Of a stretch of DNA of 64,000 nucleotides, positions 1-12,400 are shown piece by piece. The notes below the pieces were generated by a model. The model was not told the origin of the DNA. It did not search any database and saw nothing but the letters and a program-made list of their open reading frames with translations. This stretch comes from Tubiluchus corallicola (lineage: Eukaryota; Animalia; Priapulida), in contig JAQGDQ010000085.1 in NCBI GenBank assembly GCA_030141605.1, positions 186,001 through 250,000 on the forward strand. The letters run 5' to 3'. Within the stretch, counting starts at the first letter, position 1. The number at the start of each line of letters is the position of its first letter. The translations under genes were made by a program, and so were the position numbers.

Positions 1-208
1 CACAACTTAATTAATTAATTAACAAAATCAGCTGTATCTCATATTTCTATTTTATTAAAAACAAAATTAACTTCTGTCGCTGTCTGTTTCGATATAAATA
101 AATTTATCATAGGCACCGCCATACCTAGTGCACGTACACACACAAAGTCTTGCATGTAGAGGCAAATGCTTGAATATACGGATGCGGTCGTAAGTCAACA
201 ATTACCTG
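1..208. mobile_element. pogo/Tigger-like MITE, left end outside window
   Basis: End GTCGTAAGTCAACAATTACCTG|TA; body (cataggc.cc.ccata, tgcttgaatatacgg) aligns to the 19407-19707 copy. Confidence 0.7.
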
Positions 209-374
209 TACTTCAAAGAAACACTAGGGACACGAGAAAGCAATACTACATGGTGACTTGTTCAACTATCACGGACTAAATAAATGAACTAGTGTGATGG
301 GGATATGAATATAACATGTCCAACTCACAAACCGGAGAATGACTGCACATGAAAAACATTAATGCTTCTCTTAC

Positions 375-497
375 CTTGCTGCTTGAGTACGGAGATGTTT
401 CTTGATTGCTTGCTGGTTATAAATTTCTTTCCAGTCCTTGATCCTCTCTTCCGGAGGACGATACGGTTTAGTGAACCTTGAGTACTTCACAAATCCT
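375..497 (-). CDS. GLT1: GOGAT coding exon 32 (start of beta/NADH domain)
   Basis: [30 protein letters not shown]. Confidence 0.95.
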
Positions 498-3400
498 CTA
501 AAGTATAAAAAAATACAGGTAAATATTGTATCACAAAGATTCAGCCATCATGTAACGACAGTTAGCTAGCAGGGGCATATAACTACACACTAAAAATGCT
601 CCCGTCTTCATCACATGGATGATTAGAGTTTTAGAGTTCTCTTCGATGCATGGACAGCCTCATCAACAAGTTGGGGAAGATAGTCTGTCTGGTGAAAGCA
701 TTTCAACATTAGAAGAAATTTGTTACTAAATGTTTGGATAAGGTTTAATAGCTAAATTACAAGTAAAAAAGAATTTCAGAGATGTGAGTAATAACCAATT
801 TTTTTTACTTAATTTGATGCATTGAAACAGTACATGTTGCATTATTCTGTTCTAAAAAGGCACTAGTAACATAAACAATGCAATTATTATATAAGTACAT
901 ACGTTTTTGCTTACCTACTGACCACTAATGCTAACCGTTCGTATCAAGCGAGACTTGGGAACAAACAAAATGCAAAGGAATTTTGCCTGCAGTCAGTTGT
1001 TATAGCAACCAGACTATTGATTGCCAACATTGACTTTTGCCTCTGAAACGTATCCCAATTCTTTTATATTACTTTCTATGGAAATCTTGGCTTCGTTTAA
1101 TGACAATTCACTTAACGTCACATTTTGCTGGAATGCATTAGCGTTGTTAAGCAAGAACTTACTGTATTACCCATTGCGGTAATGAGCTGAAGACTGAAAG
1201 GAGAGGCTGAAAAATTGTAGAGTAGTCAGGATTTGAACCTAAGACCTGACATTAGTACTCCCATACTGTGCCAGCTGAGTTACTAGTTCAACATGACAGA
1301 GCAAGCCCGATATTCACTCTTTGTTGCACACAATCCAACAGCGCCACCTGTATCCACGACAATAGGGGAATACTTATGATATCAATACTTTTCTCAAGTT
1401 AGCTGGCAACTAACAATAATACATCATGTCATAATATCATTAGCTGCCAGCTAATTTGAGGAAAGTGATGATAATATTTAAAACTTTGTACCTGGCTTTG
1501 TCTAGAGTGATAATATTTTCCAGTTTTTGCTGTTCCTTTTCCACCCCGGATACCAGCTCTTCTATGTCAATAATGCTCGGTTTTCTGGCTGGTAAAACCT
1601 GTTACAAAATACACAATGAAGTTAACTGATCATAAATCACAACTCCTCAAATCCAAAAGAAAGCAAAGCCAAAACTGGAAAAACAAAGTAAATACAAATG
1701 AAAGATCAACTGCCCTTCGACCAGGTGAACTGCAACAAAACAAAAATATAAAACTTTAAATTAGTGATACCAGAATCTGCAAGCAGGAAAACAGGAAGAA
1801 CAGAAATGTACAAGCACTTTAAACAGGTGTAGAAAACTCCTAAAACGCCGTCATTGTTAACACGTCATAAACACTTTCGACGAGAATGAAATGTATACCC
1901 GGTGACGAATGGACGTAACCACATCAAGTGAAGACAGCTTTAAAATGAACTCTATCAGTCAAGAGAAATTACATAAAAAATCTGACATAAAAATGTGCTA
2001 CAAAAATCGCCCGCCACAGAAAGCAGCATAAACGATCAACACACGGCCTGTGTCACGACAAGTTTAAATAGAAGAGAAGACTAAAAACAAAGACAGGGTA
2101 AAATGTTCACTCCTCAGTCGACCTGTAATAAAATAAATGCAAAAACATTAATCTAGAGCACTCTTGCGGTCACACAAATGGAATATCTAAGCAGTAATGC
2201 ATAAGAAATAATTCCACTTTTATATTTAATATTAATTTTAATGCTGAAGTATTGAAAAATGTGTAAATGACCAGTTGTAGACTACCACTATGGTAAATAT
2301 TATGCAACAAACTTCCAAAAATTCCAAAAAAGTTAAATTCTACCCGTTAAAGGACGTATTGCGTGTTATCAAAAACTTGTGAATGCAAAGCAATTGCAAT
2401 GCTGCAGTAAAACGAATGCAACAAATAAACTAGATTGATACTATTCAGCTGCATGAGCATTTAAAATTAAGAATAACAGACTAACAGACAAGCAAACAAA
2501 CACAAGCCACTCTACCACAGCCAAGCCCATCAAAAGCTAATGGATTAATGAATGTGCAAAAAACAATAAATTAGTGACAACCTACAATAACTGTGGACTT
2601 GTAAATGCTTTTGCAAACTTTGTTAAAAAAATGCTGTAAAATCTAGAGAAAAAATGTAAGTCTACCACACAAAGCAAATCGCATTTTAGAATTGCTAACA
2701 GCATCTAACAGTGCTCTAATTTATGGCTCCATTTCCCTACAGAGTCAAAATGAATGTTTTCGGGAAAAAGGACATGGTAACAAACACTACAGATTGCGTG
2801 AAAGAGAAAGCAAAACATTTTAAGCCAATCCCACAATTAAAAAACAAGGAAAAAACACAATGTTTCAAACGACTGCCAGTTTATTTTCAGGTGAAAGAAA
2901 GCAGGAAGAAAATCACATAAAATTACTAATATTTATTAAATTATTTTATCTTATTAAATAATTAATACATAAAGACATTGCACTAAAAAGATACAATCGC
3001 AAAGAAACAACACAGCAAATAAAAAAAACGTGGAAGTATAAAATCACAGGCCATGATCACAGCACAGGTGAGATAAAACAGAAACTTACAAATGTCTAAC
3101 AGGAAATCATAGTTTTACACAAGAAAAAAGTTGTCAAAACATTGGCCCATAAAGTTGGGAGAAAAAGACAAAAAATAAAACTGTATATGACTAATCAGAA
3201 GAGGTAGATGAAAAACTGCATATCGACTATATTATAGTAAGAGGTCTACTTAGCCAGGCATTACTGGCTTTTACTTCAAGCAAAGCCCACATGCTATCAA
3301 ATTAACAACAGTATTAGTACTAATTTTAGGTCTTTTTTTCTTTTTTCTTTCACCTTAAGATAAACTGCATCAAGTTTGAAATTTTGTGGTTTTTAATTGC

Positions 3401-6400
3401 AGAATTTTTCATTAATTGCCACTAAGTATTAAATTTGGGTTATAAAGCGAAGCATCTCTCTCATGCAAGCTTATACAGCATTAGAGAAAGCATGCCTGTA
3501 ATGAAAAATTTAATCAATGAGAAGTTTTCCATGATAAAACTCCAAAATAAAAGAATGTTGTTAGCATTTTGTGTTGTAAGTGAAACTAAAATGCATGCAG
3601 CAATGTCTTATGAATGGTGTAAATAAAAAAGTACCGAAGTGTTTTCTTGATTGTCAACAATACAAGTAATCTCCTATCATTAATTCCACATTGTAAAAAC
3701 AACAGTGCAAAAATATCAAGAATTTCGTAAAGGGATACCACCACCTAGTGCAAATGTAATTAACAAAGTTTTAACTCTTTGTGCACATTTATACAAGAAA
3801 AATGGAATGAGAATGAATGCATCACATTTAACTACCATGTATGATTTAAAAATAATATGCAAAAATTAGTCACAAAAAAAATAAACTTGAAATATTTTCC
3901 AGATTTAGTTAAGAAAACGTAACGAAGCAAAAACGTGGAGTAACAAGCAACAGCCAACAACTAGTAAAGCAATTGCACTTCATAAAGTTACACATGACTA
4001 AAAACATATTAGCAGGTAACACTCGCATAAGCGACCATTTATTACTGACATTATGGATTAATTAAATAAATTCTAAAGGAAGTAGCAATGCTTTACCAAT
4101 TTGTTGACGTTGCAAAAAATGCTATCGAGTGCTTTAGAAAAGGTCGTCATACATTACCATAACGATACCAGCACATCGCTATCTCAATGATTTAAATAGA
4201 ACATAGCGATTCTCTACTTGCCTTTTTCTGAAAATAACCGTAAGCGAAGACTGCGATTAGAGAAAGCATTCACTATACAACATTAGTAAATCTAAACTAG
4301 ACTATGATGAACAGCCAATTAATGCTCGTTCGAATGCGAACAACTTCACTTTAATGTTGCATATCATGTTATACTAAAAAACCAAAAAGGTCAAATTTAA
4401 AGGTAAAAACAAGAGTTAATTAGTTAATTAAAAGAGCTAACTGTAACTTCAAATTTGGCACTAATTTCATTAGATTTCACAGCTTCTTAGTGAAATCGGG
4501 CCTCAAATGTTGAAATTTTCCCAGACCATTTTGTTCAGTTTTGTTTGCGAAACTCTGAAAATCGCAGGCTAAATAAATGTGCTAGCAACGGCTTCCTTGG
4601 ATACCGCATTGTTTCTCTAACGCGGAGTTTGTAAACAATGCACACAGTGAAATGTAACACGTGATAACCAAACACAAACGCTGCTTTAACTAAGAAACGG
4701 AGATTTTGTCGGCATCATCTAACGAATAAAACGTGCAACATCAACTTCCAGATATTCTTCGGAAATGACGCCTTCACGAGAGATTTCCTCTTGTACAAAA
4801 CCAAACAAAGTTAAAAGTACGAGAAAATCTTAGTTAGTCAAAAGAGTTTTTTCTTCCTGTTTTTTTTTGTGTAGCACAAAATTCTCTGTATTTGACCTGT
4901 TAGTACCATGGTTCAGTAATTGTAAGGCTATTAGAAACTGCCAATAATGCACTTTAACTACATGCACTATAAAAACTGCAAGTTATATTGTAAAGTTGAT
5001 GATATTATGATGACATGCAATGATCATCTTGATGAGCCTCCAAATGTGATTTATAAAGAGTTAATCATTTAATTGAGTTACTGCTTCTTAAGTAAGCAGG
5101 TAAACGTACCACAGTCATTGATTCGATGGGAACTACTGTGTTTCAGTTGTCCACCGTTACTGAAATAATACACTGCATATATTTCTTGACAGTTACAGTA
5201 GTATTATTTATGGTAGAGGTTTAATTTTCCTTTTACACTGCATAACTTGAATTCTGCAATAACAATGTAACAAATTTACACAAGAGTCAAAAACAACCGA
5301 CAAGCAAAAGGTTTTATTACTTACTTTATGTGCTCTCCTGTGTTTTGCTCCTTTTCCTCTTTCCTCTTCATCAATCATGTCTTCTTTAAACTCGTTGATG
5401 AGTGTTTCGCTTTGTTTCTCCTCCATCTCTTGCTCAAACTTCTCCTTTTGTGGTTCAGCCATGCTCTGCTCCAGTTCTAGGGTAGCAAGGGCCCGTCGGA
5501 ACTCGTGTGGGAAAACCTGCATAACAAAAACTCCATTAAAGGACAAGAAAACACTAATCGTAAATAAATCTTTAAAAATTCGCTTTGAAATTTTATATCA
5601 CTTACAGACTGAGTTGTTAAGCACTGAGCTTGTATTAGCAGCAGCATCACTGTATAAAACCCATGAATTTAAACCTCCGCAAAGATAATTAGATGCAACC
5701 ATTTTGATGGTAAGTCATTTGAAACAAGTCTAGATAACACTGTGTAAAATTTAAAAAAATCACCACAGCATCCTCATAGTGCATACTTCGCTAACTAAGG
5801 AAAAGTATGAATTACTGCATCTTGCCAATAAAATTAAAAATACGTTTTTGGTGAGTCAGAGCATAACACTGGAAAGGTAAGACAATGACATTCTACCAGT
5901 TGGCACGACTTTTTAAACTACTAAGCCTTTTCTTCCCTTTTAAACAAATCAAATGCAGTAAACATTGATATTCATTAACATTTTGAAAACTTTGTCTCAG
6001 TTTTGCCATGTTGCAAAAGTCACTGTTAACTCTTTACTTTTACCAGCTTCCTACGTGCTGCTGATGATAAGAGTAAGTCTGTAAAATAATGAGTAAAAAG
6101 CATCAAGTTTGTGGCAGTAAACTCTTTTCGAATGCAAAAATTTGTCAAGCATCTTCAGTATATTTCTAAACATAAATTTGCAAATGTAGACTAGCATTTT
6201 ATTTCAGTTAAACTATTTTCTTTCAATCATTTACTCAAACACACATCTAACTGATGAACATCCTTAAAACAAACTAAGCTCCTTCAAACCTGAAACCTTC
6301 ATCGCTAGGGAATATGGTAGTCTAATGATCTTAGATGTGCATCATGTAAGCAGAAGGTTCCTGGTTCAAATCCAGGCAACGGTTTATCTTTCCACATTTC

Positions 6401-9400
6401 CCACTTTTCAATACTGGTTTCAAACTTTAATTAATTATGGGTTTGTGATATCATGTAATATCGTTTTGACATTAATATTATTTAATAATACCTTCAGACC
6501 TAGTAATTTATGTCAAATCAGTTACATTAAAACCTTGAAACAAAGTCAAACTAATAAAACTATAACTAAGACAAGCATTCACCTTTACAAATTGCTTAAT
6601 CGCTTTTTCATAATTATCCAATATCTCCTGAGCGAGCACAGAGCCCGTTTTCTCTACAAAGTCTGTCAAAGTCCTTTTGATAAGGCTTATGTCATCAGGT
6701 AATTCTAAAGACTCCAGGGCTACTGTCTCCGTGTTGCACTTGTTCGGGAAAATTCCCGCTTTATCATAAACGAATGCTATACCACCGGACATGCCTGCAG
6801 CGAAATTGCGGCCTGTTGGTCCAAGAATAAATGCATGTCCACCGGTCATGTATTCACAACAATGATCTCCAACTCCCTAAAAATATTAACAGTGCTAGGT
6901 TTACAAGCCATCACCAGCACATAGTGTAGTACAGGCAATAAAAAAGCCAGAAGTAAAGAATGATTGAGTTGTCAATGCAAGGTCTGTTATGAGAATAACA
7001 TCATAAGTACTTGACATTAACATTAACAACCATCACAAATTGACGTGTGGGAGACATAAGTAACAGAAAACACATTGGCAGGTTACTGAAACTTGACTGT
7101 CAGAAAGGAAAATTAATATGAATATATCGCATGCCTTCCAGTGTAACCAAAGAGTAGACTGGCAACCTCATTAAAACACAATTGTCACAACATTAATTTG
7201 GAATGGTATATTCAGTATCACATGCATAAATTCCAAAAATTCTTTAAGTAGTCGCTATAGTGTAGACAAATCTCAAAACCTGTTAGTCTAAACTCTGCTA
7301 ACAAGTGCAAGCTTGTTTCTAATGATGAGATATTTTTAGAAATGCTTAAAAGTACTACTTTTCAGCACAATTAGAAAAAACAAACTACACATCAAAGAGC
7401 CAGCCTCTAGGAATCATATGTTTATTGAGCGTAGTTTATCGTTTCAGCTGTCATAGCCATTCCAATACTCATTTATTGATTTATAGTACTGAAAATGGCT
7501 ATGATGGCTGAAATGATCGTCTACGCTCAATAAACATGTTTGATACAAACTATGCACGAGTTTTAATAGAATGACAGTGAGTCAAGCTGAATTAAGCCTG
7601 CTTAACATCCAGGAACAAAGAGACATATAGGACTTAAGAAAAAACGTCTGAGCAGCCTTTCACATGTATAATAATCAGAATAAGTGAAATAATTATCATT
7701 AAGAATTAACTGTCATAATAATCATTAAAAATTAAGAATTATAATACGGACATTACCTTAACTATGTGACCTACAGTTACTGCACAGTAAGCCTCTTCTA
7801 ATATCTTGCAAAATAAAGAAAATATTAGGGATTTACCTCAATTACAGCAGTTGCTCCAGAATTTCTTACACAGAACCGCTCCGCAGACTGACCACGGAAG
7901 TACGCAATTCCTCCTGTGGCACCGTACAGGCAAACGTTTCCGACTATGATGTTGTCATCTGTTTTAAAACCCTCAGCTGAGTCTTTAGGAGGGTAAACAT
8001 AAACTTTACCTCCAGATAAGCCCTGTGAAGCAAAACGAACCCAATGTATACTATACAATAACACGCAATTTCATATTGTTTATAGGAATGAAAATGCTAA
8101 TGCGATTGCAAGAACTCAAAAGTGAATGTTAAATATAACTCACCTTGCCCACGTAGTCACAGGCATCTCCTTCGAGTTCTAGTGTAACACCCTTTTGCAA
8201 GAAAGCTCCAAAACTTTGACCAGCTGAACCGCTCAACTTTACGTAAATACTTCAATACAAAAATCAAAACACGATTAAAAACTCAACATAAAACATAACA
8301 AAGTTGTACGTAGCATTCTAACTTAATATATACTAGTATCTACGGACTGGGTGTATATAGAAAAAATGACGAGTGTTAATAAAACTGCTATAAAAACTGG
8401 CAGAAAGTAAAAATTAAATGTGTGCTTGCATAGCAAGAACAACTGGAAGCTGCCAGTTAAGCTTTTTTTACTTATTCACAAATCCTGAACCTCCTTTTTA
8501 TGAAGGATCATTTTGATACTAAGTTCAGTGCTCTATGTTATTTCTAACCTGAGCTAATCCATATTGAAGTTGAAGAGCAGGCTGCACACAGAAAAACATA
8601 ATCTTAAGAAAATCACTGTTAAAGTTTGCATTTGTTTTTTGTCGCGCTTCTATAAACAAAAACACTTGGCAACCGTACGAATAAGTGGTTGTTATGGACT
8701 TTGCAAGAGCACATGGAAGTTATGTTTAAATCCAGTAGACTCTTCCAGAGGAAGCTCTCAGGCTTGGCAGTGGAAAAAAAACTGTAAGCAAAATGTAAGC
8801 ACAAGCTAATATCGGAGTTTGCAAATAGGAGTTTTTCACAGTTGCAGTACTAGTTTTTAGCCAGAGAAGAGGGTATCAGGTTATAAATTTTTTAAGAATT
8901 TTTGAACATTTTTCTGATGATTAGATACTATTCTACTTTGAAGCATCATAACGCAGTTTAGCTATGACGACTTGCAGATGGCTTTGGTTTGTTGAGGCAA
9001 TTTACCACTTCAAGTTTGTAGAATTTTCTCCATATAACAGGCAATATTTTACTAGCAAAAAGCGATTAAAGAATGTCCTGCTTGTCAGAATTTGTTTTTA
9101 AATCAAGACTAGTATATTCACTTAATCAATATTAGTACCTATCATCTGGCAAGCCATTTTCTTTATACTTTAACGAAATATGATGGCTGAGAGTAGCGCC
9201 AAATGTTCTATCAACATTGTTGATTTTCAGCTCCATCTTCAATTCAGAAATTTTGCCTTCCAGAACGGGCATGGCAGCCGATATCAGCTGATTCTCCTAC
9301 AAAACAGAAATGTTTTATTCAATGTTAATAGTATTTTCAGTAAAACATATTTTCCATTGTTACTGCAAAACTTTCTCATTGTCATATAAAAAGAAGTGGC

Positions 9401-12400
9401 TTCAACTACATGAAAATATAATTTTTAACTCTTTTGCAAGCATTTTACGTAAAAAAATTTCTCCTCAAAATACGTGTGGCCTAAATGTATCTAGAAAATT
9501 GAAGCTACATATTTCTGGAAGTGTCATTAATTAGTTAGATTATGACTGTGATTGCCACAAGAATGTTCATAAACCATTGCGGTTTATTTTTGACAAATAC
9601 TAGCCATTGCGGTTAATGATATCGTTAGTTGCCAGCAAATTTGAGAAAAGTATTTATAGATATGTTGCAGTTGCATTTCTAGATATAGGTTAAAGAAAGC
9701 AGTTGTACTCAATGCATTACCCTTGCATTTTAACGTGAAGGTCTTTCCCTGGTATGTGTACTCAAATTATTTCGGCCTACGGTCTAAACACCCATCTTAT
9801 GTGTTACTAACCGCTCAGTTGGCGACAAAAAGCTGCCAATGTGAGACAGCTGTAATGATATACAAAGAAGAAAAGTAAGGAAAAAAACAAACCAGTCTTT
9901 TCTCTAGCTGGAAATCTTGAGGTATGCTGCCACCGACAACGTTCACTCCACTGCGCAGGTTGCCAGCATACTCTAGTATAGGATCAAAGTTTAACAGAGC
10001 AGCTTTCTTACTGATTGGAACCTGATTAACGGTCAATAAATCAGCTCTTCCTATCATTTCCTGGATAGAACGTACACCCATCTTTGCCATGTACTGACGC
10101 ACCTGCAAATATTGCATGGAAAAAGTATGAAGCCCGGTCTACTAACATTGAACAACGAGTAGATAAACCACAACAGGCGCAACAACTTGACAACTTTTAA
10201 CAATCAGCGGAATTTTCTTTCTTCTTTTACATTTTCTCATCTCATTTACCTAGCATTGTTCACCTAATAAAAATAACATCATTCTGAAATTGATAGGGAA
10301 AAAATGAAAAAATAAATTCATTTTTCGCTGAAAAAAGTGGCTTTCTTAAGAATTAATCGAGAACAAAATCTGCAAAACTAGCAACTAAGGGATGAATCTG
10401 CTGCTATGAGCACTGAGCATTCCTCACAATCTCATTGTGATTGACAGCACAATACTCATTAATGTTAACATTAACAGCAGTGTACACTACGTGCTTATGA
10501 GACTTAGCAAGTACGTAGAAAAATGTCGCGTTAGATTAGTTTAGCAAGGATAACATTCTAACATCACACTTATATTTCAAGTACTGTTCCTGACATTTTC
10601 AAGTACTACTCTTGGCAATAAAGTTTTTAGAAACAGAACTGGCAAGTATGAATTGTATATATTTACCCATGTCAACTGCACGGTCAATTAAGACATGAAT
10701 GTTTTGGTACTCTCTCTGATTTTTATTCTAACTTCCAGTAGATACCTCCTAATGAGAACTTTGTGTTTTTGAATTCGTCATAAAATGTCGAAGTTATAAA
10801 AATTAATGCTAGTTGGACCAGAAAATCTTTAAATGCCGACTTGACTGAGATAACTCAAAGGAAGCCTGACTGATTAATTGCAATAATTGTAAAATAATTA
10901 GTCTATGATATTAAGCCTGTATATATGTTGCTCTATTGTATGCACTTATGTGGTTGACCCGTTATACCATAGACATGTGATTTCTTTGTATTGTTGTAGT
11001 CTGTTGAATTTGTTACTTTTTTTATGTCTAGTGTTTACAATTTTTTCTCTTTAGTGTCCTGTTCTATGATTCAGTAAATATTATATATACTGTGGCAAGC
11101 AAGTGATATTATTACATTACCTTCAACCATAAGCATTAAGACTTTAATAAAGCTGTAGAAGCTCGTTTAACGTGAACAAAAACACAAACCCGTATGCAGC
11201 TTTTGATAAACTATCACAATGCCTACTAAAGTGTGACAGGAAATTTAGCAGTCACATCTAAACAAACTTTAGCTGACATTTCAAACAGAAGCATAAAACT
11301 TGAGAGACAGATAAATGTGTGATCACGAAATTAATAATCCAACAAGAAAATCTGTAGGCATGGTCATTAATCTATCAGAAGCAGTAGCTAAGGTCATTAA
11401 TTAATATGAAACAAAAGCCTTCCATCACAAGACAAGAAAACTACAGCTATATGTACCTCTTCAGCTAACATGAACAAGTACGTAACCACATGTTCTGGTG
11501 TTCCAGTGAACATCTTACGCAGCACTGGATCCTGTGTAGCAATGCCAACCGGACACGTGTTCAAATGACATTTCCTCATCATAGTACAGCCCATGGCCAC
11601 CAGTGGCGCTGTAGACATGCCATATTCATCTGCCCCCAAGAGCGCTGCGATTACAACATCACGTCCTAAAAAATATTTTGTAATTTTATTGACAAATAAA
11701 ACAAGTTCAAGTGAGCTGTAATCCCAAAATCAAAATGACACATCCAACGTGGATCAAACAAACCATGAACCTTGATTTTACAAGTTTATATAACCCCAAC
11801 AGACATTGATGTTTTTTCAACGTATCATTATTACGATTACACAAATAATTCATTGTTATTATCAAACAAAAGACTCATAAATTAAATAACTGACCTTTTT
11901 CTGGCAAATTTCGAACATGTGCTTTGCCTTAAAGATTACCATGTTTCGCGCGTCTTAGGCTCGAGTGAGCGAGAATGACGTACGTAGATCAAAAAGCGTC
12001 TTTGGTCATCAATGTTTCTTTGGTCATCAACTCATAACGTCAGTCCTCTCGCGCAACGAAAAATAGCGGTTCTTTAAATTTAATACCGCTAACAAAGAAG
12101 TGATAAAAAATCAAAAGAAACGAGTTTTACAGTAAGTTTATAATAAAATAAATTGAATGTTCGTAACGAGAGTAGAAATTTAAGTTATAAAAGCTTATAT
12201 TACAGTGTGCGTTACTTGACGTTAAAGCAAACAATCTACAGAAACAAGAACAACAATAACAAAAGTACTGCACGTCTCATCAAAATAGTAATATAGCAGT
12301 ACTACCCACTGATAAATGTATAATCTACCAAAGTTTACCTGATCTAATCTGCCCATCAACCTGCAACACCACACGAGATCTCAGATCATTCAGTACAAGA

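Noticed and set aside
2045-2080. 36-nt symmetric exon candidate ([12 protein letters not shown])
   Set aside because: Only 30 nt from the 12-nt candidate and its own 5' half looks like a pyrimidine tract; too weak to call.
2111-2122. In-frame TGA as possible selenocysteine
   Set aside because: It is in a non-conserved linker, not at a Cys position, and no SECIS can be assessed because the 3' UTR is outside the window.
4746-4789. 44-nt phase 0-2 exon candidate ([14 protein letters not shown]) with a CTAAC branch-like motif in the GOGAT linker intron
   Set aside because: It lies within the repeat 4385-4850, which aligns to 23755-24272, so the exon-like look is explained by the repeat. Exonisation is possible but unsupported.
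6120-6162. Second hammerhead-like motif (minus strand CTGAAGA..TGC..GCA..GAAA)
   Set aside because: Stem II does not close against GAAA and there is no stem III or cleavage triplet.
5377-6702. Plus-strand ORFs of 103 and 125 aa (likewise 61637-61954 and similar)
   Set aside because: Antisense shadows of real exons or chance intronic ORFs; no recognisable domains.
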